Program-made: the position numbers and the translations under genes | Shown: in pieces, positions 34,113-42,866 of the stretch | Layout: every line of letters starts with the position of its first letter | How positions within the stretch are numbered: position 1 is the first letter of the stretch | DNA from: Gemmatimonadota bacterium | GTDB taxonomy: Bacteria; Gemmatimonadota; Gemmatimonadetes; Gemmatimonadales; GWC2-71-9 | Length of the DNA stretch: 64,000 nt | Assembly: GCA_031367105.1 (NCBI GenBank) | Contig: JANLPG010000129.1 | Span: 24,690-88,689, forward strand | Direction: 5' to 3' | The notes under the pieces: generated by a model | The model's input: only the letters and a program-made list of their open reading frames with translations | Database searches by the model: none | Told to the model about the DNA's origin: nothing

Positions 34113-35174
34113 TCACTCCTTCCAGTCGGCGATGAAGAGGTCGGTCTCGCCCGCGGTCTTGCCGTGCCGGTTGGATGCGAACACCAGCTTCCGGCCATCG
34201 GGCGAAAACATCGGGAAGCCATCGAATTCGCCCGACGTGGTGACCTTCTCCAGTCCCGTGCCGTCGGTGTGGACGATGAAGAGGTCGAAGTTCCGGCCAC
34301 GCGGATTCTCGAAGTTCGAGGCGAAGATGATCCGCTTGCCATCGGGGTGGAAGAACGGCGCAAAGTTCGCCCCACCCAGGTGGGTGATCTGGTGCGGATT
34401 GCTCCCGTCGGCATCGGCCATCCACAGCTCGAGCTTGGAGGGCCGTACCAGGCGCCGGCCCAGCAGCGACTTGTAGTCGGCCGAATCGGCTGTGGTGACA
34501 GGATACTGCGCCCGCCACAGAATGGATTTGCCGTCGGGCGAGAAGAACGCGCCCCCGTCGTAGCCGACACGGTTGGTGATTCGCCTGATGCCAGTGCCAT
34601 CCGACTGCATCACGTACAGGTCGATATCGCCGTCGCGGGTTGACGTGAAGATGATCGTCTTCCCATCGGGCGATGCGGTGCCCTCCGCGTTGTAGAAGCC
34701 GTTGTTGGTGATCTGCCGAGTGTCAGAGCCGTCGGGATTGGCGGTATAGATCTCGAAATGGCCCAGCGGCCAGACGTAGCCGAGCGAGCGGTCCACCGGT
34801 GGCGGGCAGTTGGGGTCGTTCGCGGCGGTCGAGGCGTAGAGGATGCGCCGGTCCCGTTCAATGAAGTAGCCGCAGGTCGTCCGGCCCTTGCCATTCGACA
34901 CCCGCCGGAGCTTCGAGCCGTCGATGTTCATCACGTATTCCTGATCACACCCCGAGTCAACTTCGGTCTGGCGCTGAAAGATCAGCCGCTTGCCATCGGC
35001 GGAGAAATACGATTCGGCGTTGTTGCCACCGAAGGTCAGCTGCCGGATGTTCGCGAGATGGCGTTCGCCCGGCTCCGGGGCCCAGCGCACGCGGGAAGCA
35101 CCGTGGGGTGCGCAACTACCGAGGACCGCCGCTCCGGAGAGCACAAGCATCGTGGTACGAATGGTCAACCTCAC
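34113..35174 (-). CDS. PD40/TolB-like beta-propeller lipoprotein
   Basis: Repeats YFSADGKRLIF, ASPDGKTIIFTS, FFSPDGKSILW, FFHPDGKRIIFAS and MFSPDGRKLVFAS. The likely start is the GTG at 35174 or the ATG at 35150, ahead of the lipobox LGSC. Confidence 0.75.
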   Translation of the reverse strand: MRLTIRTTMLVLSGAAVLGSCAPHGASRVRWAPEPGERHLANIRQLTFGGNNAESYFSADGKRLIFQRQTEVDSGCDQEYVMNIDGSKLRRVSNGKGRTTCGYFIERDRRILYASTAANDPNCPPPVDRSLGYVWPLGHFEIYTANPDGSDTRQITNNGFYNAEGTASPDGKTIIFTSTRDGDIDLYVMQSDGTGIRRITNRVGYDGGAFFSPDGKSILWRAQYPVTTADSADYKSLLGRRLVRPSKLELWMADADGSNPHQITHLGGANFAPFFHPDGKRIIFASNFENPRGRNFDLFIVHTDGTGLEKVTTSGEFDGFPMFSPDGRKLVFASNRHGKTAGETDLFIADWKE

Positions 35175-35190
35175 TGAAGATGTCACGCCA

Positions 35191-35649
35191 TCACTCCACC
35201 AGCGCCGCGAGCACCCGAGCGGCGTGCCCCTTGGTTCGCACTCTCGGGAAGCATCGTTCGATCCTTCCCGCGGCGTCAATCACGAACGTGGTGCGGATCA
35301 TTCCGACGACCGCGCGCCCGTACAACGATTTTTCACCCCAGACGCCGTACGCCGTGGCGACGGCGTGGTCGGGGTCCGACAGCAACGAAAACGGCAAGCC
35401 ATACTTCTTGCGAAACCGCTGATGTGCCGCCGGCGGATCCGGCGAGATTCCCACCACGACCGCACCTGTCGCCACCAGCTCCGACCAGCCGTCACGGAAC
35501 TCGCAGGCCTGAGCCGTGCACGTGGGAGTGTCGTCCTGAGGGTAAAAGTACACGACGAGGCGCCGTCCCTCGAAATCCGCCAGCGACACGGCGTTCCCCG
35601 CCTGATCGGGGAGGGTGAACGGTGGCGCCGGTTCGCCGATGGCAGGCAT
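35191..35649 (-). CDS. bcp: thioredoxin-dependent peroxiredoxin Bcp
   Basis: PAPPFTLPDQAGNAVSLADFEGRRLVVYFYPQDDTPTCTAQAC contains the peroxidatic and resolving Cys of Bcp/PrxQ. The ATG at 35649 is preferred over 35670. Confidence 0.85.
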   Translation of the reverse strand: MPAIGEPAPPFTLPDQAGNAVSLADFEGRRLVVYFYPQDDTPTCTAQACEFRDGWSELVATGAVVVGISPDPPAAHQRFRKKYGLPFSLLSDPDHAVATAYGVWGEKSLYGRAVVGMIRTTFVIDAAGRIERCFPRVRTKGHAARVLAALVE

Positions 35650-35666
35650 CCGTACTACTCCGGAGC

Positions 35667-37388
35667 TCACGGAGATGCGGTACGCAAGGAGGCGGGGAGC
35701 ACTCGCACGCGACGCACCGGATGCGGCGCGTGCGCACGCAAGCTGCGATCGAAGAAGTTCCAGGTGGTGTAGCCGTCCTCGGAGGACGGCTCCAGCAGGA
35801 AGGCCGCGAGGAGGCCGAATCGTTGATTGGTCGGGACCAGAAAGCTTCTGGCGCGGACGGAGTCGGCGGCAGTGGCCATCCAGTGACCTTCAACCCGCAC
35901 GCCACAGTGCCCCTCGTTGGGCCGGGCCGAACGAATCACGGTGTCCACAAGGAAGCGCTCCATCGGACCCACCCACGACTGCTGCATTCGCTCCACCATC
36001 ACGCCCTGACGCCGGAGCAGATCGATCACCTTGCCGTCTGCTGCGTCGACGAGGTACGCCGCCGGCATTGCCTCCTTGCGCACGGCGCCGAAGCGGTCGT
36101 GCACCTCCATCCAGACTGGCCGTGACTCACCGGTGAGGAACAGCTCTTTGCGCGGGCCCGGCGCCGGCGGACGAGCGACACCACGTGGCGGTCCAGCGGG
36201 GGCGGCATTGCTCGTCGCGACGCAGCCCACCGGCTCGGCAATGACCGGCGGGCGTGGCGCGTTGGCCATCGCCGCTGAATCGGGCGCGGGCAGCTGTTCG
36301 GTGCGAGTGATTGCCACCAGCACGCTATCCATCCGCGATGGCGACGAGGCCAGCACGTTGCCGCGCACGATGACAGAGTCCGGTCGCCACGCTGCGGTCA
36401 GCGCCCTGTGGCGCCGCATCGCGACGTTGTGTTCGGCGAAGTAGCGGATAGTTTCGAGCACGAACGCGTAGCTGGCTTCGATCCGATTCGGAAAGCTGTC
36501 GTGACTCATCGCCTCACTGAGGATCGAGAAGCGGGTCATCCCGTTCAGGTTGGTGCCGTAACGCGGCAGCGACTCGTAGCTGTCCCAGCCCGTGGGATTT
36601 GCGTTGCCACCGCGGAAGTTGCCGTACGAATAGGTCTCCAGCTTGTAGCGCTCGCGCAACCGCTGTCGCACCTGCTCGAGCACGGTATCCTGGACCCAGG
36701 CGGTGCTGACGGTCCGGTTGGGATTGAGGCCGGGCGACCAGGTGAGGGCGTAGCCGTGGTAGCTGCCGTCGGTGGTGTGCAGATCCATGAAGAGGTCGGG
36801 GTCCCACGCCGTGATGAGTGCCAGCGACCCCCGCGTCTCCGGAGCGTCCTGCTTGACGTAGTCGCGGTTGAGATCGTAGCCCTGGCCATTGGGGCGCAGG
36901 CCGACCAGCGCGGGACCGCGCTGCTCGCTGCGATTGCGCTCCTGCGGACCGAACGCGTCGTTGCCGTCGGCATTGTAGATCGGCACGAAGATGAGCACGA
37001 CGCTGTCGAGCAGCGGCTTGAGCGAGCCAAGGGTCAGCTCGCGCATCAGTTGCTGCACCGCTTCCTTTCCCTCCACCTCTCCGGCGTGGATGTTGGCCTG
37101 GATGTAGAGCACGGGCTTGCCACTGCGCCTTGCCGCTACCGGTGTCGTGACCAGTGGATGCGAGAGCACGACAAAGGGCACGCGCTTCCCCTGGGGGGAC
37201 TGCCCGAGCGTGCCCAGGTGCAGCTTCGCTCCGCGGTGAGTCAGCGCGTCGATGAAGGCGAGCACCTCGGCGTGACTCGAGGTCCGCGCGCCGTTGCTCG
37301 CCTCGGGGACGGTACGCTGTCCTGCCGCCGGGGCTGCGATCAGCAGCAGGGGCAGGACGACACCAGACAGCCGATGATGCGGCATCAA
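35667..37388 (-). CDS. secreted M14 family metallocarboxypeptidase
   Basis: Signal peptide, then the Zn motif in YIQANIHAGEVEGKEA (HxxE) with a downstream His (DLHTTDGSYHG). The size and layout fit bacterial M14 peptidases. Confidence 0.75.
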   Translation of the reverse strand: MMPHHRLSGVVLPLLLIAAPAAGQRTVPEASNGARTSSHAEVLAFIDALTHRGAKLHLGTLGQSPQGKRVPFVVLSHPLVTTPVAARRSGKPVLYIQANIHAGEVEGKEAVQQLMRELTLGSLKPLLDSVVLIFVPIYNADGNDAFGPQERNRSEQRGPALVGLRPNGQGYDLNRDYVKQDAPETRGSLALITAWDPDLFMDLHTTDGSYHGYALTWSPGLNPNRTVSTAWVQDTVLEQVRQRLRERYKLETYSYGNFRGGNANPTGWDSYESLPRYGTNLNGMTRFSILSEAMSHDSFPNRIEASYAFVLETIRYFAEHNVAMRRHRALTAAWRPDSVIVRGNVLASSPSRMDSVLVAITRTEQLPAPDSAAMANAPRPPVIAEPVGCVATSNAAPAGPPRGVARPPAPGPRKELFLTGESRPVWMEVHDRFGAVRKEAMPAAYLVDAADGKVIDLLRRQGVMVERMQQSWVGPMERFLVDTVIRSARPNEGHCGVRVEGHWMATAADSVRARSFLVPTNQRFGLLAAFLLEPSSEDGYTTWNFFDRSLRAHAPHPVRRVRVLPASLRTASP

Positions 37389-39277
37389 TGCTCCTGGGGG
37401 TGTGCGGGGATCAGCAGTCGTCGCGACAGCTTCTCGGCGACGCCGTCGTCCCAGGTGAAATCGATCTCTGGAATGACCCCGGGACTGACCGGGCGATTGA
37501 GCCGGATCGGCTCACCACTGCGCACCGGAAGGTCGAGCCGGTATTCGCGTGCCAGCGCCACGGGATCGTGCAGCAACCGGATCAGGCGTTCGCGCAGCAG
37601 CGCCGGGTCGCTGCTGCGGGTCGCGAGCGCCCGGACGAGCAGATAGCCCAGGACGTGAGGGTCGTCTGCTCCGGTCAGGCCAATGCTGCCGCGCTTCAAC
37701 GCCTCCATCAACGGCAGGAGCGGCGTCGAGCGACGCGCCGGCGCAAGCACGGCCTCGGTCGCCCACTCGGCCGCGCCCTCGGCGAGCCACGGATTCCCCT
37801 CGAGGAGACGGAGTTCGTCCCGGGTCTCGACGAGTCCGGCTGCGCTTCCCTCCAGCCGCGCGCCTTCCAGCAAGAGATGCTGCCACTCGTGGATGGCGGT
37901 CACCACGGCAAAAATCGGTGCGATCGCCGGTTCGATCCGGATGGCATCGTGTCCCGCGAGGAAGCCGCCGAGTCGACTGCGTGCCACCGCCGCCGGGGCG
38001 GTGAGCTGCATCGAGCGCCCATTCCGCACCACCGTCAACGTGTCGGCAACGTCCACCGCCCGCCAGACTGCGAGCGCATCCGCCTGACCGCCTTGCGAGA
38101 GCCATTCAGCAGCGATGGCGTTCAGCGGGCGGATCAGCCGCACACCGAGGCGGGACGCTCCGACCACCGGCACTGCCTGAACGCTGCCAAAATGTGTCGG
38201 CTCAAGTGGCGGCAGCGGCAGGAGCGGCCGACCCCAGAACGTGGCGACCAGATTCGCAGGCGAGCGCCAACCCTGCGGCGTCTCCAACCACGCGTTGGTC
38301 AACAGCCAGCGCACTGCGTCTGTCCACCACCCGACCGACTCGTCATACCCAGCCAGAATCGCACGCACCGCGCGAAAGGCAACGGGATCTCGTACCGCCA
38401 GCGCCTCGAGCAGTCGCTGCGATTCGGTGGTATCGGTGCGCGACCGGCTCCAGGCCCGCCACGCCGCGGCGTACAACGCGAGCGAATCAGCCGCGAGTGG
38501 GACACCGGGTGCGAACACGGCGAGTCCGCGCGCCAGCACATCGGGGATGAGCCGCTCCGGGGAACGTTTCGCCGCGACGGACGCGAACGCCACCTGGTGC
38601 AGGTCGAAGCGGAGCTGGTCGGCCGTCCCGAAGAGTTGGTGGAATGCATTGTCGGCGGAGGGACCTGTCGCAATCCGTCGGAGCAGGGCGCGCGCCACTG
38701 CACGACTGGCACTGTCGAACCCGAGCGCTACTCGCTGGGCGTTCAAGAGCTCGTTGGCAGTGGGCAGCGGCAATCCGGCCGAATGTGCCAGTGAGTCGCG
38801 TTCGGCAATGAGAGCGGAGGCGGGGGGAAGGATCGCGCGCCAACCCGCCGGGAGGACCACGGTACTCGGCCCCGACCCAAGCAAAAGCTGCCGTACCTGA
38901 ACCCGTGGGCGCACCGGCCAGCGACTGATTCCCGCCGGGATACGCTCGGCACTCCAGCGCAGCGACCGCCCATCCGATTCGACCAGCGTCCCCTGCATCA
39001 GGACCGCATCGAAGGCGCCATCGAAGCGGCGCCCGCTCGCGGGAAGCCAGAAGGCGATCCTCCCATCCGCCACCCGGAGCCCGCCGAGGCGGACCCAGGC
39101 GGTGTCGGCACTCTCCAGCAGGAGGCGTCCACCTTGCCCATCGAGTCGCAGCTCGCCGTGTTCAGCGCCGGTCGGGCCGCGGATTTCAAGCGCCCAGCGA
39201 GAATCGGCTTGCGCCGATGCCTGCCCTGCGATCAACAGCAGCGCTCCGCCCCACGCGAGCGCCGCCGACCACCTCAC
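37385..39277 (-). CDS. secreted protein with gluzincin-type HExxH ... E signature (putative MA-clan metallopeptidase)
   Basis: The GTG start overlaps the upstream stop (GTGA). A signal peptide is present. AIHEWQHLLLEG is followed about 25 residues later by NPWLAEGAAEWATE, as in M1-like WLxEGxA. Confidence 0.55.
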   Translation of the reverse strand: MRWSAALAWGGALLLIAGQASAQADSRWALEIRGPTGAEHGELRLDGQGGRLLLESADTAWVRLGGLRVADGRIAFWLPASGRRFDGAFDAVLMQGTLVESDGRSLRWSAERIPAGISRWPVRPRVQVRQLLLGSGPSTVVLPAGWRAILPPASALIAERDSLAHSAGLPLPTANELLNAQRVALGFDSASRAVARALLRRIATGPSADNAFHQLFGTADQLRFDLHQVAFASVAAKRSPERLIPDVLARGLAVFAPGVPLAADSLALYAAAWRAWSRSRTDTTESQRLLEALAVRDPVAFRAVRAILAGYDESVGWWTDAVRWLLTNAWLETPQGWRSPANLVATFWGRPLLPLPPLEPTHFGSVQAVPVVGASRLGVRLIRPLNAIAAEWLSQGGQADALAVWRAVDVADTLTVVRNGRSMQLTAPAAVARSRLGGFLAGHDAIRIEPAIAPIFAVVTAIHEWQHLLLEGARLEGSAAGLVETRDELRLLEGNPWLAEGAAEWATEAVLAPARRSTPLLPLMEALKRGSIGLTGADDPHVLGYLLVRALATRSSDPALLRERLIRLLHDPVALAREYRLDLPVRSGEPIRLNRPVSPGVIPEIDFTWDDGVAEKLSRRLLIPAHPQEH

Positions 39278-39546
39278 GGTTCGCGCACTCCCTGCGGTCG
39301 GCGGACGACGTCCGCGACCAGGACACCGAAGTCATCGGCCCGGTCACGGTCGAAGTTCACGGTCCGGTCCGGCCTGTTCACACTCAGGTCGGTGTCGACG
39401 TGCAGCACGCCGGGAATCCCGTCAGGCTTCGGCCGGATGCCCTGCGACGACTTGAGTCCACCCGGCAACCGCACCGAGAGCACCAGGGCAAGCGACATCA
39501 TCGAGGCAAATACCGGCCGCGAAATCGAGACTTCGGAGATCTTCAT
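39274..39546 (-). pseudogene. remnant of an RND (AcrB-type) efflux transporter gene
   Basis: The 90-aa ORF begins MKISEVSISRPVFASMMSLALVL, the canonical AcrB/RND N-terminus and TM1. It then jumps to IPGVLHVDTDLSVNRPDRTVNFDRDRADDFGVLVADV, which in intact RND pumps lies about 150 residues further on, and it then terminates. Confidence 0.45.
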
Positions 39547-39590
39547 GCGACGGCCCTATCTTCAGCAGGGAGACGGGAGGCGTGTGCCTG

Positions 39591-40001
39591 ATGCTCTGTA
39601 CGCACGAGCCCGCCGGTTGGTTCATCGTGCAGCAGGAGTGGATCGTGGCCCCGAAACTGACCTCGCGACAGCAGGTACAACTCCACTGGCTGGAAGCGGT
39701 CCCTCCACGCCTGGATCGTGCCGCCCGCATCATCGAGATGATGTCGACCCATCACGCCGACGATACCCAGCTGCGCTCGCTCCGGCGCCAGCTCGACGAA
39801 ATGAAGGCGCAGGCTGCCGGGCTGGGACTCGGCGCCCTGGCGGACGGATTCGGCTATATGGGAATGCTGCTGCGGCGGACGGGGGGCCACGAGGTCAAGG
39901 TCCGCGGGCTGCGGGAACTGCTCGCCGGTGTCAGGGTGAACTTCGAGGGCGCCTTTCGGGCAGCCTCGACGCCGGAACCGGACGCCGAGGACGACGCGTA
40001 A
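39591..40001 (+). CDS. hypothetical helical protein (possible degenerate Hpt-like segment)
   Basis: Good third-position G/C bias. GGGAGG lies 10 nt before the ATG at 39591; the track uses the GTG at 39582. LDEMKAQAAGLGLGALADG resembles the Hpt HxxKG..G motif but lacks the His. Confidence 0.4.
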   Translation: MLCTHEPAGWFIVQQEWIVAPKLTSRQQVQLHWLEAVPPRLDRAARIIEMMSTHHADDTQLRSLRRQLDEMKAQAAGLGLGALADGFGYMGMLLRRTGGHEVKVRGLRELLAGVRVNFEGAFRAASTPEPDAEDDA

Positions 40002-40011
40002 CCCCGGAAGG

Positions 40012-40164
40012 TCACTCCTTGAAGAGTTTGTCGAGAATCGGCGCAGCGGTGAACGCGAACATCGCGAAGATGACGACGGTAAGCATCAACGTCACAAAAG
40101 CGAGCGCCGTGATCAGCACACCCGCCCCGACCCCCGCCATCACCATTCCAAAGTAGTACAGCAT
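40012..40164 (-). CDS. 50-aa two-helix membrane peptide (below the ORF-track size cutoff)
   Basis: My own translation is MLYYFGMVMAGVGAGVLITALAFVTLMLTVVIFAMFAFTAAPILDKLFKE*. AGGAG lies 7 nt upstream of the ATG. It is on the same strand as, and 49 nt downstream of, the M28 peptidase gene. Confidence 0.45.
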   Translation of the reverse strand: MLYYFGMVMAGVGAGVLITALAFVTLMLTVVIFAMFAFTAAPILDKLFKE

Positions 40165-40213
40165 CGCGCTTCTCCTGGGGCGTTCCCGCCTCTCACACAG
40201 GGCGGAGAAGCTA

Positions 40214-42736
40214 TCACGGCAACGGGTTGAGCCGCAACCGCGCCCAGTCCCATCCGGCCATCCCTCGCCGGTTCACCGCCCGGACCTGCACGATCATCCC
40301 CGGCGTAGCCCCCGGCAGGCGCGCACTGGCCCCCGTCGTCGAGATCCGGTGAGCCGTCGGGTCCGCCTCCGGCCCCCAGGTGACGTCGTAGCGCGCCACC
40401 CTCCCCTCTCGGCTCGGCGTCCAGTGAACGTCGGCCACGCCATCGCGCCACCGCTCCACGGCCAGCCCCCCGAGCCGCGACGGCGACGAGGCCAGCAGCA
40501 TCAGCGTCGCAACGGTCGTCTTGCTCACTTCGGCGATGAGCTGATGGTTCTCGTACTCCAGGACATCGTGCGGCATATGGTAGTGCGGATTGCCCAGCAC
40601 CGGGTACGAGCCGATCCCACCGACGATGTCGCCCCACGCCTCGTAATACGCGGCCGCGTCGGTGTTCTTGTAGTAGAGCGCGTCGTAGGTAATCAGTGCC
40701 GAAAACTGTTGCGCCGCCGCGTGCTGGATATCCCGGATCCCGGGATTCGAATACCGGATCGTGTTGTCGAGCCGGCCGTCGTTGGCCCAGCCGATCATAT
40801 CGTTGTTCAGCGCGCCGACCACCTGAACACTGTCGGCGATCGCGCGGCGGACAAATTCCCGGCTTCCCAGCAACCCCGCCTCTTCTCCCGTGAACGACGC
40901 GAAGATGATGGTCGCCGGCTGCGGATGCGCCGCGAGCACACGCGCGGCCTCGAGCAACGCCGCCGTCCCCGAGCTGTTGTCGTCGGCCCCCGGCCCCTCG
41001 GCCCGGGAGTCGAAGTGCGAACTGACCACGTACACCAGCTCCGGATGTTCGCTGCCCTTGAGGACGGCGAGGACGTTGGCACTCTTCCCGCCGAGGGCAT
41101 CTCGCAGCGCGAACCACTGCGGTCCGGCGACATAGCCGAAGGAGCGGTAGGTATCCGTCAGGTACTGGATCGCCTTGGCATTCCCAGGCTGGGAGATGTG
41201 CTTCGAGTCGAAGTCGAAGAGTGATTTTTCATAGCCAGCAATCCGGGCGACATCCACTTCCTGCGTCACCTGACGCACGGCCGCGGCAATCGGGCGAAAC
41301 GACGCACGCCCGCGATCGCGCAGCGACACCTCGGCGGCACGATCACTCCGGATCCGTGCCAGCAGGGCAGCATCGAGGACCTTGTCGTCGAGATCGGCGA
41401 GGTAAACGCCCCGCTCCGGCGAAACAGTATTGCCATCCCGCTCCGCCACGATCAACACCCGGCAACCATCGGCACTCACCACCCATTCGTACTCCGGCGC
41501 GATGGTGCGGATGGTGTTGTTGTGAAACAGGCGCGTTCGCTGCAGCGTGGTCGCATCGTAGAGGTAGCTGCGCCGGTGCCGTGGTTCGCCGATCACCGAG
41601 AGCACCCTGTTGCCATTCATCCAGACCGGGAGCACGTCGTGCTGGATCTCGCGGGTGAGCCGTACTTCGTTCTTTCCGTCACTCCCGATCAGGTACAGTT
41701 CCCAGTCGTACAGCGGCATCTGCTGGAACACCACGCGACTGCCGTCGGGCGAAAGCGCCGGGTTGGCGAGCGGCTCGCTGGCGCTCTTCACCACCACCGG
41801 TTCACCGCCGGCAATCGGGGCGACCACGATGTTGGTCATCCCGTTTGGCGATCGCGTGAGGTAGGTGACCGCGGTGCCCTGCGCCGCGATCGAGGCATTC
41901 GCGCCGTCCACCCGCCGGGCCGTTCCCGTCTCGAGGTCGACAATCGCAAACGCCGTTGCGCCCCGGAGTCCTGCCGCACCGTGCGCCAGGCGCACCGGAA
42001 TGCCGGCGACGATCGCGTGCACCAGGTATCGACCACCGCGCAACGGGATCGGCGCAGCTTTGAATCCATCGAGTGGCGCCACCGGACCGGCGACCGTGTA
42101 ACTGCCGTCACGCAGCACCAGCTTGAGGATCTCGTTACGTGGCGCTATCTCGCCGTCGCGGGCCGCCACCACGAACAGCACTCCATCGGTTACGCCGAAC
42201 ACCACTCCCGTCGGATGCCACGGCGCCATCCCCACGATCGGCACGGCTCGTCCACTCACCAACTGTTCGACGACAAGCTCCGACGCCGCACCAGCGACCC
42301 GGAGGTAGGCGAGCAGCGTGTCACTCAGTGATATCGCTGCCGCCACGCCGTTGACTTCGCGCACGGACTTCAGCCCCGGGGCGGAGCGGACGATCCGGGT
42401 CACACGGCCCACCGCCGGGCCAGTCTCGAAGGTGGCGAGCGCGCCACTCGGCGAGAAGGCGGGACGACTTCCGTCGGCCGTGAGTTCTCCCGTCTGATAC
42501 AGTTCGCCGGTGATCAACGCGATCGAGTCGCGAAAGCTGGGCGCGATCGGACTGGCGAGGATCCGCGTGAAACCGTCAAGCGCCGCGATGTACGCACCGT
42601 GCTCCCAGGCCAGCGCGGCCGCACGATAGTCGCCCGCGGACCGCGGAGGCGGCGTGGGGGCCACCCGGGTACGCTGCTGAGCGGCGAGGGTCGCGGGGAG
42701 CAGGAGGGTGAGCAGGAGGAGCTGGCGGTGCTGCAT
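40214..42736 (-). CDS. secreted PD40-propeller / M28 aminopeptidase / FN3-like multidomain protein
   Basis: Signal peptide, a PD40 repeat (ALSPDGSRVVFQQ), the M28 zinc site region SSHFDSRAEGPGADDNSSGTAALLEAARVLA and a C-terminal FN3-like strand pattern. Confidence 0.8.
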   Translation of the reverse strand: MQHRQLLLLTLLLPATLAAQQRTRVAPTPPPRSAGDYRAAALAWEHGAYIAALDGFTRILASPIAPSFRDSIALITGELYQTGELTADGSRPAFSPSGALATFETGPAVGRVTRIVRSAPGLKSVREVNGVAAAISLSDTLLAYLRVAGAASELVVEQLVSGRAVPIVGMAPWHPTGVVFGVTDGVLFVVAARDGEIAPRNEILKLVLRDGSYTVAGPVAPLDGFKAAPIPLRGGRYLVHAIVAGIPVRLAHGAAGLRGATAFAIVDLETGTARRVDGANASIAAQGTAVTYLTRSPNGMTNIVVAPIAGGEPVVVKSASEPLANPALSPDGSRVVFQQMPLYDWELYLIGSDGKNEVRLTREIQHDVLPVWMNGNRVLSVIGEPRHRRSYLYDATTLQRTRLFHNNTIRTIAPEYEWVVSADGCRVLIVAERDGNTVSPERGVYLADLDDKVLDAALLARIRSDRAAEVSLRDRGRASFRPIAAAVRQVTQEVDVARIAGYEKSLFDFDSKHISQPGNAKAIQYLTDTYRSFGYVAGPQWFALRDALGGKSANVLAVLKGSEHPELVYVVSSHFDSRAEGPGADDNSSGTAALLEAARVLAAHPQPATIIFASFTGEEAGLLGSREFVRRAIADSVQVVGALNNDMIGWANDGRLDNTIRYSNPGIRDIQHAAAQQFSALITYDALYYKNTDAAAYYEAWGDIVGGIGSYPVLGNPHYHMPHDVLEYENHQLIAEVSKTTVATLMLLASSPSRLGGLAVERWRDGVADVHWTPSREGRVARYDVTWGPEADPTAHRISTTGASARLPGATPGMIVQVRAVNRRGMAGWDWARLRLNPLP

Positions 42737-42866
42737 CGTGGAACTCCAGGTTGTCGATGACCCTGCTCAGCTCTCCCGTCGGCCCGCCATCAGCCCCACA
42801 GATCGACGGAAGCAGAAACTACCGCCCCACTACCCCCGGCGCATCCGCCCCGGCACGTTTCGCCGG

